64,000 nt of DNA, from assembly GCA_963810305.1 (NCBI GenBank), contig CAWEMY010000011.1, positions 200,912 to 264,911 of the forward strand, read 5' to 3'. The position numbers and the translations under genes are program-made. Under the pieces are notes generated by a model, which was not told the DNA's origin, ran no database searches, and worked only from the letters and a program-made list of their open reading frames with translations. Positions 1-8,880 of this stretch are shown piece after piece. Source of the DNA: an uncultured Acidobacteriota bacterium. GTDB taxonomy: Bacteria > Acidobacteriota > Vicinamibacteria > Vicinamibacterales > 2-12-FULL-66-21. Every line of letters begins with the position of its first letter. Position 1 is the first letter of the stretch.

Positions 1-1311
1 ACCATGCTGGCGGACATCCGCGAGGAACGGAAGAACATCCTGCTGGTGTCGAACGGCTGGTGGCTACCGGGCCCGTCCAACCGGCTGACCGAGACCATCG
101 CGCCACAGAAGCCGTCGATCGGCGTCAGTAATGAGGGACAGCCGACGCTTGGCGCGCGGCGTGGAGAAGTCTCCGAGCGGTGGTGCCAGGAACAACTGCA
201 GCGTCTGTCATCGATCGACTTCCAGCAACGGCAGCGCGACCTGCTCGACCTGGCGCGCCGGTCGAATGTGACGTTCTACGCGCTCCGCCCGATTGGTCTC
301 GCTGCGCCCGCGACCGTCGCGGGTATGCGCGCCGACCGCAACGCCGTCGACAGCCTGCTCGTCCTCAGCAACAACACCGACGGGATCGCGGTGGTGAACA
401 CCAATGATCTGACCACGGGGGCGCGGAAGATTGCGGATGATCTGGCGGCATCGTACGTGCTCGGCTACTACCCGACGAACACCAAAGCCGACGGGCGTCT
501 CCGGAAGATTACGGTTCGTTTGAAGGCAACCAACGCGACCGTCCGCGCGCGTCGCGAATACCGCGCCCCGACAGAGCAGGAGATTGCGTCTTTGCGCGCC
601 GCGGTCACAGCCCCCATCGCAGCCGCGGCTGTGAGCGGCGCCGAGAGCGCGCTCGCGGAACTGAAACGTCTTCGCCCGGCTGCTCAGGTGCACACGCGTG
701 GCGCTGTGCTTGGCGATGACCTGATTCTCACGACCGAGCTGACCGCACCGGAAGTCGAGTCTGGCCGCTGGAAGGAGGGAGGCGACGTGCAGATCATGGT
801 CAGCAGCGCCGGCGGCGAGCCGATCACGACTGCTCGCGCGCGCGTGGAGCCGGGCGCTCGTTCGGCGGTGGCGCGAATCCCTCTGGCCAAAGCGCCGGGG
901 CCGTTCAATGCCGCAGTACGGGTCAGGAACGCCAGTGGGGGTGACGCGCAGGATGGCATCTCTGTCGAGCGGAAATCGTCGGTGTTCGGCGACCCGTTGC
1001 TTTTCCGTTTGCCGCTCCCCGCGGTGGCGAAGCCGGCGGGATCGGTTTACTTCCGGCGCACCGAACGGATGCAGATCCGCTGGCCGGTCACGGCACCGTT
1101 GACCCAGCGCGAGGCGCGGGTGTTGGGCCGCGACGGTGTCCCGCTGGACTTAGCTGTTTCGGCCAGCGACCTCGAAGAAGCGGGAACGCGCTTTGTCGTC
1201 GTCGAGCTGAACCTCGCGCCTCTGACCGCGGGCGAGTACATCATGGAGTTGAAGGGAACTGCGGCGGGGAAAAGCGAAGCGGCGATGCTGGCGTTTCGGG
1301 TATTTCGTTAA
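1..1311 (+). CDS. VWFA-related acidobacterial-domain protein, 5' end cut by the window edge
   Basis: The frame is open from base 1. Translation starts in the tail of a vWA fold (KNILLVSNG). It is followed by the RKITVRLK...VRARREYRAP beta-sandwich motif, which is also present in the paralogue at 12000-12896. Confidence 0.7.
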   Translation, partial: TMLADIREERKNILLVSNGWWLPGPSNRLTETIAPQKPSIGVSNEGQPTLGARRGEVSERWCQEQLQRLSSIDFQQRQRDLLDLARRSNVTFYALRPIGLAAPATVAGMRADRNAVDSLLVLSNNTDGIAVVNTNDLTTGARKIADDLAASYVLGYYPTNTKADGRLRKITVRLKATNATVRARREYRAPTEQEIASLRAAVTAPIAAAAVSGAESALAELKRLRPAAQVHTRGAVLGDDLILTTELTAPEVESGRWKEGGDVQIMVSSAGGEPITTARARVEPGARSAVARIPLAKAPGPFNAAVRVRNASGGDAQDGISVERKSSVFGDPLLFRLPLPAVAKPAGSVYFRRTERMQIRWPVTAPLTQREARVLGRDGVPLDLAVSASDLEEAGTRFVVVELNLAPLTAGEYIMELKGTAAGKSEAAMLAFRVFR

Positions 1312-1390
1312 GCGCGGGGCGCGGGGCGCGGGGCGCGGGGCGCTGGGGCGCGAGCCGCGGTTCGCAGTGCGCGGTGCGCAGCGCGGGGCG
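1312..1390. repeat. GCGGGGC heptamer tandem array (G-quadruplex-type motif on the + strand)
   Basis: Read directly: five GGGG runs separated by CGC, then degenerate units gcgcggt/gcgcagc/gcggggc. It starts immediately after the stop codon at 1311. Confidence 0.9.
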
Positions 1391-1442
1391 AGTCACCTAT
1401 TCAGTCTTGATTATTCGCCTGTCAGCATTCACCATTGAGTAG

Positions 1443-1718
1443 ATGATCTTCGGGTTTCTACTGGCCCCCGATAAGAGGATTACTGAGAAGCTGCTGGGCG
1501 ATCGTCTGCGTGGCGGACGTATTCGCTGCCCTGCCTGCGACTGGCAGCCGCAGCCCTACGATCGGTGGTGCTGTGCGCCTGGGTGCGGCGAAGTCTGGAA
1601 CACCTTCGAGACTCGCGGCACCTGCCCGGGCTGCATGAAGCACTGGACCCACACCGCCTGCCATCGCTGCGACGCCTGGTCACGTCACGAGGACTGGTAC
1701 GAAATCACCGATCGCTAA
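1443..1718 (+). CDS. Small Cys-rich zinc-ribbon-like hypothetical protein
   Basis: 91-aa ORF with 11 Cys arranged in CxxC/CxxC-like pairs (CPACDW...CAPGCG...CPGCMKHW...CHRCDAW). No function can be inferred. Confidence 0.5.
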   Translation: MIFGFLLAPDKRITEKLLGDRLRGGRIRCPACDWQPQPYDRWCCAPGCGEVWNTFETRGTCPGCMKHWTHTACHRCDAWSRHEDWYEITDR

Positions 1719-1773
1719 TCGCCCTGCGCTCTTCGCCCCCTCGCACCGCCCCCGCACCCCCCGCACCCCGCTC

Positions 1774-2793
1774 CTATCTCCCCAGCGGACAGCTGATCAC
1801 CGCCGGCGCCTCCGCAGGCTCGGCGAAGAGTGTCGACAGCGGGTCGAAATCCGTATCGCGATTCCCCGGCGCCCGCGCGTACGCGAGCCGCGCATGATGC
1901 TCCTCCGTCCGCGACATCGTCGTGGATCCGCAGTCGCGCGCGGACCAGTTGGTGCTGAGGACGTCGCCGCGCGCGACGTGGTAGAAACCAAGGGCGTGGC
2001 CGACTTCGTGCGCCAGCGTGCGCGGCGCGATCGTGCCGCACGGCGTGTCGCACCGGCTCGCCAGATTCAGGGTGAGACTGCCTGGATCCGTGCCGACCAT
2101 CGACCAGCCGCAGAATTCGTTGCCAGGCTGGTTCACGAACGAGACGTTCACCACGCCTGGTCGCTCGCCGCGCGCCCCTGCGGCGAATTCCACCGCCCCG
2201 GCGGCGAGGCGACCACCGGTCATCTGCGCGACCGATCCCTGAATGACCGAGCGCACCAGGTCCCGTTCGGAAGATGAGAGCTCGGTCCCGTCGCGGGGAT
2301 TCCTGGTGTCGACGTAAAAGTTGGGATTCCTCGTCCACCGCTTGAGCCGCATCAGGCTCGACGGATCGTCGAACTGGTTCCTGATCAACTGCCGGTAGAA
2401 CTCCAGGGAGAACGGCGCGGCATCGCGAATGAGGTCGATCGAGATCTGTCCGCCGCTGGTGACCGACTGGAGATGCGTGCGGCGGGTCAGATACCCGGGC
2501 GCGGAAATCTCGATGATCACGTCCCCCGGCAGACGCCCGTCAGTCAGCTGCCAGACTCCACCGCCGGATGTCGTGAGCGTCTGCGGGCTGCCCGCCACCG
2601 TGAACGACAGCGTCGCGGCATCGATCGGGTGTCCGGTCAGGGCCTCGACGACAATACCGCGCACCGCTGAGGTCGATTGATTCGGCGTCGAGGGTTCGGT
2701 TGGGCTGCTCTTACTGGTACACGCGCCAACCAACGACACACAAATCACAAGCGCGAAGCCGATCGGACCGGCTCCACGACCCGATAGGTGCAT
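1774..2793 (-). CDS. Lipoprotein-type zinc metalloprotease (metzincin-like HEVGHALGF motif)
   Basis: Internal ATG at 2793 precedes a signal/lipobox-like segment (FALVICVSLVGAC). HExxHxxG motif near the C-terminus. The upstream part of the 456-aa ORF is Arg/Ser-rich and overlaps the ligase gene. Confidence 0.75.
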   Translation of the reverse strand: MHLSGRGAGPIGFALVICVSLVGACTSKSSPTEPSTPNQSTSAVRGIVVEALTGHPIDAATLSFTVAGSPQTLTTSGGGVWQLTDGRLPGDVIIEISAPGYLTRRTHLQSVTSGGQISIDLIRDAAPFSLEFYRQLIRNQFDDPSSLMRLKRWTRNPNFYVDTRNPRDGTELSSSERDLVRSVIQGSVAQMTGGRLAAGAVEFAAGARGERPGVVNVSFVNQPGNEFCGWSMVGTDPGSLTLNLASRCDTPCGTIAPRTLAHEVGHALGFYHVARGDVLSTNWSARDCGSTTMSRTEEHHARLAYARAPGNRDTDFDPLSTLFAEPAEAPAVISCPLGR

Positions 2794-2884
2794 TCGGATC
2801 TCCGGAGTTTCGCAGGGTCGGCGAAATTGTAACGTGGCGGATACGGCTTTGCCAGTGGGATCCGCCGCTTTTGCTGCTGCTGGG

Positions 2885-4495
2885 CTACCTTTTCGCGTGC
2901 TGCTGGGCGACCGACAGCAGTGATCGAACCGTCTCGAGGGTGTCGGCGTCTTCGGGTTTCTTGTCTTTGCGCCAGCGAAGCATCCGAGGGAAGCGGACGG
3001 CAATCCCCGAGCGATGGCGCGAAGACTCAGCAATACCCTCGAACCCCAGTTCGAAGACCTGCACCGGTTCGACGTGTCTGACAGGGCCGAAACGCTCCCG
3101 CGTGTGCCGGCGGAGCCAGCGATCCATCTCACTGATTTCCTCATTTGAGAGCCCGGAGTACGCCTTTGCTATCGGCACGAGCGCTCCCTCATGCCAGACG
3201 CCGAACGTGTAGTCGGTCAACAGGCTGGCGCGCTTGCCGCTGCCGGGCTGTGCGTAGATGAGCACGGCGTCGATCGAGTAGGGGTCGATCTTCCACTTCC
3301 ACCACTCGCCGCGCTTCCGACCTACGCCGTACCGTGACGTCCGCCGCTTGATCATCATCCCTTCGACGCCGAGCGCCCTCGAGTTCGTCCGCAGCGCTGC
3401 GAGGATGTCCCAGGATGCCGCTTGCACCTCCGCGGACATGCGCAACACTCCTTCACCTCCGCCGATAGCCTGCTCCAGCAGTCCGCGGCGCTCGGCCAGC
3501 GTGCGCTGCCGGATGTCGTCGCCGCCGCTTTCGAGAATGTCGTAGGCCATGAAGACAACCGGCACCGCACGTGACATCTGCGCCACCTGTTTCTGGCGTC
3601 CGATGCGTTGCTGGAGTGCGGAGAACGGCAGCGGCCGGTCATCACGAAACGCGAGCACCTCACCGTCGAGCACGGTGCCGTCCGGCAGGCGAGTCGCCGC
3701 CGCGGCGATCTCCGGAAAGCGGTGGGTGATCAATTCCTCACCACGCGACCAGAGATGAACGGTCTCCGCCCGGCGAATCAACTGAGCGCGGATGCCGTCC
3801 CACTTCCATTCGACCTGCCAGTCTGCGAGGTCGCCAAGCGCATGCACATCCCCTTCGAGCGGCGCCGCCAGGCAAAACGGATACGGTCTCGACTTGTCAT
3901 CGTCGGTGTGCTCGGTGGAGAGGACGTTCTCGAACCAGTCCGGCGTCGGGGTCCATTCACCCATGAGCCGTGCGGCGACGATCGGCGTCTCGAGACCGGC
4001 AGCGGCCGCGATGGCGCGGACGACCAGTGTCTGAGACACGCCGACCCTGAACTCTCCCGTCAGGAGTTTCAGCAGGATGAATCGTTCGAGACGGTCGAGC
4101 GTTCGCCACCATTCAGAAACCCGGCGCTGCTGCTCTTCGGGATCCAGATCACGGAGTGGGAGGATGCGCTCGTCGAGCCATGTCGCAAGCGGCAGCGGGG
4201 GTTCGGGCACGGTCGGCAGTTGATCGAGCATCAGCGCCGCCGTTTCAGCGCCGTCTCCGACGACCGAATAGCACTCGCCCAGAATCCATTCCTCGAACCC
4301 GGTGGCGGCGAGGGTCCACTGGCCGATCGAGGCATGAGGGACCAGCCGTTTGAGGCGGCGGCCGGTCAGAAAGAACACGGCCCACGCAGCGTCCGCGCGT
4401 GGGGCGGCGGCGAAATACCTGGCCATCGCCGCCACCTTCGCGTTGGTCGAGGTGGTGCTGTCGATCTCGTCGTAGAGCCTGGCAAACTTCCGCAT
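2885..4495 (-). CDS. ATP-dependent DNA ligase (ligase-associated DNA damage response type)
   Basis: Starts MRKFARLYDEIDSTTSTNAKV. Contains the adenylation lysine motif EWKWDGIR and an OB-fold tail. The ATG at 4495 overlaps the upstream gene's TGA (ATGA). Confidence 0.9.
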   Translation of the reverse strand: MRKFARLYDEIDSTTSTNAKVAAMARYFAAAPRADAAWAVFFLTGRRLKRLVPHASIGQWTLAATGFEEWILGECYSVVGDGAETAALMLDQLPTVPEPPLPLATWLDERILPLRDLDPEEQQRRVSEWWRTLDRLERFILLKLLTGEFRVGVSQTLVVRAIAAAAGLETPIVAARLMGEWTPTPDWFENVLSTEHTDDDKSRPYPFCLAAPLEGDVHALGDLADWQVEWKWDGIRAQLIRRAETVHLWSRGEELITHRFPEIAAAATRLPDGTVLDGEVLAFRDDRPLPFSALQQRIGRQKQVAQMSRAVPVVFMAYDILESGGDDIRQRTLAERRGLLEQAIGGGEGVLRMSAEVQAASWDILAALRTNSRALGVEGMMIKRRTSRYGVGRKRGEWWKWKIDPYSIDAVLIYAQPGSGKRASLLTDYTFGVWHEGALVPIAKAYSGLSNEEISEMDRWLRRHTRERFGPVRHVEPVQVFELGFEGIAESSRHRSGIAVRFPRMLRWRKDKKPEDADTLETVRSLLSVAQQHAKR

Positions 4496-5502
4496 CAGTC
4501 TCCGGACGGCTCGCCTTCCCAGGCGGTCCGAATGACGCCGGTGTCCAGGCCGGTGGATCTCAAATAGCGTGCGAGGGGCTCCGCGTAACCGTGAGTCGCA
4601 AGGACACGCTGCGCGCCGGTATCGGCGACAGTCTGCAAAATGGCCGGCCAGTCCGCGTGGTCGGAGATGACGAAGCCCTTGTCGTACGCGCGTTGCCGGC
4701 GGACGCCGCGAACCCTCATCAACCCCGACGCGAACGCGTCGGAATGCGTGCCCAGCCTCCGCATCCATGGCGTGCCGCGCGCGGAGAGCGGCGCGAGCAC
4801 GAGTTGCCCTGTGAGCGACACCTTTCGGGACGTCCGGCCTCCGTCGCGTTCGATGACCTGGCGGACGTCCGGGAGAGCGACGCCCGCTTCTCGATAGGCG
4901 TCGATCATGCCCGTGAGCATTCCATGCACGTAGACGGGTGTATCTGACACCCGCGCCAGTTCCGCAAGCAGCCGCTGCGCCTTGCCGATGGTGTAACAGA
5001 AGATGACGGACGTTCTGTCTGCCTCGCGGTTTCCGTTCCACCAGGCGAGAACGTCCGCCATGACGACCGATGTCGCGTCCCAGCGGTAAATCGGGAGGCC
5101 GAACGTCGATTCGGTGACGAAGGTATCGCAGCGGATCGGCTCGAACTCCGCGCACGTGGGATCCGGCGCCCGTTTGTAGTCACCTGCGACGACCCACACG
5201 CCCTCTGATCCCTCGATCCGGATCTGCGCCGACCCCAGCACGTGACCCGCCGGATGGAAACTCACGCGGACGTCCCTGACGTCGAGCGTCGTTCCGTACG
5301 GCAGCGACTCGACGATCGCCTCGGGTCCGAAGCGGCGCCGGAGGAGTGGGACTGTTTGCGGCGTGCAGAGATAGGCGTCACTCCCGGGACGCGCGTGATC
5401 CCCATGGGCGTGCGTCAACAGCGCCCGGTCCACCGGCTCCCACGGATCGATGTGAAACCCGCCGGCTTCGCAGTAGAGGCCTTTCGCCGTTTCTTTCAGC
5501 AC
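4495..5502 (-). CDS. DNA ligase-associated exonuclease (metallo-beta-lactamase / beta-CASP fold)
   Basis: HAHGDH metal motif near the N-terminus, 335 aa, translationally coupled to the ligase. Confidence 0.85.
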   Translation of the reverse strand: MLKETAKGLYCEAGGFHIDPWEPVDRALLTHAHGDHARPGSDAYLCTPQTVPLLRRRFGPEAIVESLPYGTTLDVRDVRVSFHPAGHVLGSAQIRIEGSEGVWVVAGDYKRAPDPTCAEFEPIRCDTFVTESTFGLPIYRWDATSVVMADVLAWWNGNREADRTSVIFCYTIGKAQRLLAELARVSDTPVYVHGMLTGMIDAYREAGVALPDVRQVIERDGGRTSRKVSLTGQLVLAPLSARGTPWMRRLGTHSDAFASGLMRVRGVRRQRAYDKGFVISDHADWPAILQTVADTGAQRVLATHGYAEPLARYLRSTGLDTGVIRTAWEGEPSGD

Positions 5503-5528
5503 GTCATTTCAGTCTAGGACGAAGTACC

Positions 5529-7370
5529 ATGAACGTCTCCATGCAAACAACGGTTGACGCGCGGCTTAGTGACGTGCTCGAACGTTACTGGGGCTACGGG
5601 TCTTTTCGTCCGCTGCAGCGCGAAGCGATGGAGGCGATCCTTGCCGGCCGCGATTCGATCGTGGTGCTTCCGACAGGTGGTGGCAAGTCGCTGTGCTTCC
5701 AGGCGCCGGCACTCGTCCGCGACGGCCTTGCCGTGATCGTCTCGCCATTGATCTCGCTCATGAAAGACCAGGTGGACACGCTGACCGGCAACGGCGTGCC
5801 GGCGGCACTGCTGAACAGCTCGCAGTCAGCCGACGCGCGCACGTCGGTCACAGCTGGTCTGCGCGAAGGGCGGTATCGGCTGCTCTACGTTTCACCCGAA
5901 CGTCTCGCCGGCGAGGGCGGCCAATCCTTCCAGACATGGCTGTCACGGTGCAACGTCAGCTTCATCGCCGTGGACGAGGCGCACTGCATCAGCCAGTGGG
6001 GACATGACTTCCGCCCGGAATATCGCCAGCTTGGTGAGCTCCGGTTGCGATTTCCCGGGGTCAGTCTCCACGCGTATACCGCAACGGCGACCGCACGCGT
6101 GCGGGGCGACATTGCGATGCAGCTCGGGCTTCGTGAGCCATTGGAGCTGGTGGGATCGTTCGATCGGCAGAACCTCGTCTACCGCGTCCTGCCGCGCGCG
6201 AATCTCAAACGCCAGCTTCAGGAAATGCTCGGTCGGCACAAAGGGGAGGCGGGCATCATCTATTGCACCTCCAGGCGCGAGGTCGAGGCGCTATCTGCCT
6301 GGCTTGGAGGCGTTGGCGTGCGCGCGCTGCCGTACCATGCCGGCCTTGACGATGGCACGCGCAGCCGCAACCAGGATGCATTTCTCGAAGAAGAGATCGA
6401 CGTCATGGTGGCCACCGTCGCCTTCGGGATGGGGATCGACCGCTCCGACGTGCGGTTCGTAGTGCACGCCGGTGCCCCGCAGTCGCTCGAGCACTACCAG
6501 CAGGAGTCGGGGCGCGCCGGTCGCGACGGCCTCGAAGCCGAATGCGCGCTCATCTACTCGTCGGCCGACTTCATGAAGTGGCGCCTCATGCTCGAGAAGA
6601 GCGGGGAGATGACCGACGGGGTGCGCCGCCTGCTCCGGCAGATGGAGCGCTATGCGGCAAGCGTCGGGTGCCGCCACCGCCACCTGGTCGAATACTTCGG
6701 CGAACGGTATGGCCGAACTGATTGCGGCGCCTGCGATTTCTGCCTCGGCGAGCTGGAACCGGTCGGCGAGGCGGCCGTCCTGGCGCGAAAGATCCTCTCC
6801 TGCGTCGCGCGTGTCGGCCAGCGATTCGGCGCGTCGCATGTCGCCAACGTGCTGTGCGGGAGTGAGAACGAGCAGGTCCTCTCGCGCCGCCACAACGAGC
6901 TCACGACGTTCGGCCTGCTGCGGGACGCAACGTCCGCCGAGGTGCGCGGCTACATCGAGCAGCTGGTCGCCGCCGGATTTCTTCGGCAGACCGACGATGC
7001 GTTTCCGGTGATTGCATTGACCGCGCCGGGTGTCCAGCTTTTAAAGGATTCGAGTGCCGCCGGGGATCTCGCGCTCTCGCGGCAGCGCCGCGTCGTCCGC
7101 GAGCGCGAGCAGAAACGGTCGCGCGTCGAGACCGAAGCGTGGGAGGGAGTGGACCGCGCCTTGTTCGAGGAACTGCGCGCCGTCCGCCTGCAGATCGCGC
7201 GCGCGCGGGGGGTCCCGCCGTACGTCATCTTCCACGACACGACGCTGCGCGAGCTCGCGAGGCTCAAGCCGCAGACGCTCGCGGAGCTTCGCACCGTCTA
7301 CGGCGTCGGCGCTCGCAAGGCGGAAGACTTGGGGGAGACGTTCTTGAACGTGTTAAGGGCGACGGCATGA
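5529..7370 (+). CDS. recQ: ATP-dependent DNA helicase RecQ
   Basis: FRPLQREAMEAIL, PTGGGKS (Walker A), DEAHCISQWGHDFRPEY and a C-terminal HRDC-like region. The internal ATG at 5529 was chosen because the upstream part of the ORF overlaps the exonuclease gene. Confidence 0.95.
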   Translation: MNVSMQTTVDARLSDVLERYWGYGSFRPLQREAMEAILAGRDSIVVLPTGGGKSLCFQAPALVRDGLAVIVSPLISLMKDQVDTLTGNGVPAALLNSSQSADARTSVTAGLREGRYRLLYVSPERLAGEGGQSFQTWLSRCNVSFIAVDEAHCISQWGHDFRPEYRQLGELRLRFPGVSLHAYTATATARVRGDIAMQLGLREPLELVGSFDRQNLVYRVLPRANLKRQLQEMLGRHKGEAGIIYCTSRREVEALSAWLGGVGVRALPYHAGLDDGTRSRNQDAFLEEEIDVMVATVAFGMGIDRSDVRFVVHAGAPQSLEHYQQESGRAGRDGLEAECALIYSSADFMKWRLMLEKSGEMTDGVRRLLRQMERYAASVGCRHRHLVEYFGERYGRTDCGACDFCLGELEPVGEAAVLARKILSCVARVGQRFGASHVANVLCGSENEQVLSRRHNELTTFGLLRDATSAEVRGYIEQLVAAGFLRQTDDAFPVIALTAPGVQLLKDSSAAGDLALSRQRRVVREREQKRSRVETEAWEGVDRALFEELRAVRLQIARARGVPPYVIFHDTTLRELARLKPQTLAELRTVYGVGARKAEDLGETFLNVLRATA

Positions 7371-7446
7371 CGTGCGACGTGCCACGTGCTACGTGCGACG
7401 TGCGACGTGCTGACGTGCGACGTGCCACGTGCTGACGTGCTGACGG
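7368..7446. repeat. NACGTGC heptamer tandem array
   Basis: About 11 units (gacgtgc/cacgtgc/tacgtgc, occasionally with one extra base) starting at the recQ stop codon and ending 8 nt before the next start codon. Confidence 0.9.
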
Positions 7447-7453
7447 AGGGCGA

Positions 7454-7741
7454 ATGGCGGCCTATGTGATTGCGAATATCGATGTGAAAGATCCAGTCCG
7501 GTACCAGGACTACATAAAGATGTCCCCGGTCAGCATCGCGAAATTCGGCGGACGCTTTGTCGCGCGCGGGGGGAAGACCGAGGTGCTGGAGGGAAACTGG
7601 ATGCCGAAGCGTCTCGTGCTGCTGGAGTTCCCCTCCGTTGAGCGCGCCAGGGAGTGGTGGGCCTCCGACGAATACGCTCCAGCGAAAGCCCTGCGTCAGG
7701 CGACGTCCTACGGCGAGCTTGTCATCGTCGAAGGTCTGTGA
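7454..7741 (+). CDS. DUF1330 domain protein
   Basis: 95 aa. MAAYVIANIDVKDP...YQDY...EFPSVERAREWWASDEY pattern typical of DUF1330. Confidence 0.8.
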   Translation: MAAYVIANIDVKDPVRYQDYIKMSPVSIAKFGGRFVARGGKTEVLEGNWMPKRLVLLEFPSVERAREWWASDEYAPAKALRQATSYGELVIVEGL

Positions 7742-8048
7742 CAGCGGGACAACACAGAGGCACAGAGACACAGAATGTAAAGGATTTTTTGCGACGGAAA
7801 TGGCACGCGTGGGCCTTGACGAGTCCGACAAAATGGTCCGACAAAATAGGTTGACAAAAACAACCCTGCGGGCCTACGCTCGGCCCCCACGCCCTTACCG
7901 GAGCCCGGTTGCGTCGGTGGCGCGCCAACAGCGCCAGATCGCGTGAACGATGCCGGTTTTGGCCGCGTTGTTCGGATTCTCTGGTTGCCACAGCCAGAGG
8001 CTGAGGTCACCTGACGCGTAACGCCCACTCAAGAACGAGGAGCGAATC

Positions 8049-8345
8049 ATGAAGCCGACTGGACGTCGACTCACCCTTGGCGAGCTTCAGCAGATCGATA
8101 GCGTGATTACGCTGGCGCAGGAGCGAGGCTTCAAGCTGAGTGACGAAGTCAAGGTTCAGAGCGAGATCTGCTGCTGCGGCGCCATTGGCACGACGACACA
8201 CGGTCATCTGGTCCTTCCCGAACAGGATCAGGCGATCGTGCGCCAGCTCGTGGAGCTGGAGTCGCGGTTGACGTTCAAGCCGACGCTTGCACAGCTGATC
8301 GAGGCGCGTGGCAAGCTCCTTCGCGACGCAGGCGCCAAGCAATAG
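8049..8345 (+). CDS. Hypothetical small protein
   Basis: 98-aa ORF preceded by an AGGAG ribosome-binding site. Its composition is visibly less GC-rich than neighbouring genes. No recognisable family. Confidence 0.5.
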   Translation: MKPTGRRLTLGELQQIDSVITLAQERGFKLSDEVKVQSEICCCGAIGTTTHGHLVLPEQDQAIVRQLVELESRLTFKPTLAQLIEARGKLLRDAGAKQ

Positions 8346-8880
8346 GCACAAACAGCGGATCAAGCCGCCTGTGCACGAGTGGCTGACTGCCGTCATCCTG
8401 GCGGTGGTCTTCGTTGCGAGCATCTTGAATCAGTTGCCGCTGCGCTGGTGGGCGAGCGTGGTCGCGCGGTTCGATCCCTGGACGTTCCTTCCCTTCTGGG
8501 CCTTCTTCGCCCCCAATCCTGGCTACGCCGGCACACATCTCGTCTACCGCGATCGGGATGTGGACGGGTGGACGGAGTGGGCCGAAATCCAGATCCCCGA
8601 TACCACGGCCTGGCGGTGGGTGTGGAACCCGGGACGCTTCGAGCGAAAGGCGATCCAGGATCTCTTCAACGGGCTCATCCGCGCTTCGAAAGAGATCCGC
8701 AATCCGGCGGCACTCGAGCTCACGACGGCCTATGTTGGCTTGCTGACGTGGGTGATGGCGCAACCGCCCTTGCGCCCGGCGACGACGCATCGGCAGTTCA
8801 CCGTGCTGCAAGCCGTTGGACATGGTCCCGCGCGGTCGCTTCAAGCCGTCGTCCTGTCGCGCGAGTACGTCTTTGCTTAG
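8308..8880 (+). CDS. Hypothetical membrane-anchored protein (start uncertain; in-frame GTG at 8371 is plausible)
   Basis: One N-terminal TM helix (LTAVILAVVFVASIL), then a Trp-rich soluble part. Coding-like composition. Confidence 0.5.
   Translation: MASSFATQAPSNRHKQRIKPPVHEWLTAVILAVVFVASILNQLPLRWWASVVARFDPWTFLPFWAFFAPNPGYAGTHLVYRDRDVDGWTEWAEIQIPDTTAWRWVWNPGRFERKAIQDLFNGLIRASKEIRNPAALELTTAYVGLLTWVMAQPPLRPATTHRQFTVLQAVGHGPARSLQAVVLSREYVFA

Noticed and set aside
3608-4567. 319-aa ORF on the plus strand. Similar long antisense ORFs occur at 18097-19194, 21477-22469, 43112-44176, 58058-59002, 12066-12956, 9083-9958 and 8275-9024.
   Set aside because: All lie opposite strongly supported genes and have Arg/Gly/Asp-biased, motif-free translations. 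They are GC-driven shadow ORFs.
2885-5155. Long N-terminal extensions of the ORFs at 2885-5155 (756 aa), 1774-3144, 20461-21789, 21471-22337, 24574-25872, 36290-38095 and 62323-63642
   Set aside because: The extensions overlap the upstream gene and are compositionally aberrant. Internal ATGs give proper N-termini (signal peptides or conserved starts), often with ATGA coupling to the upstream stop.
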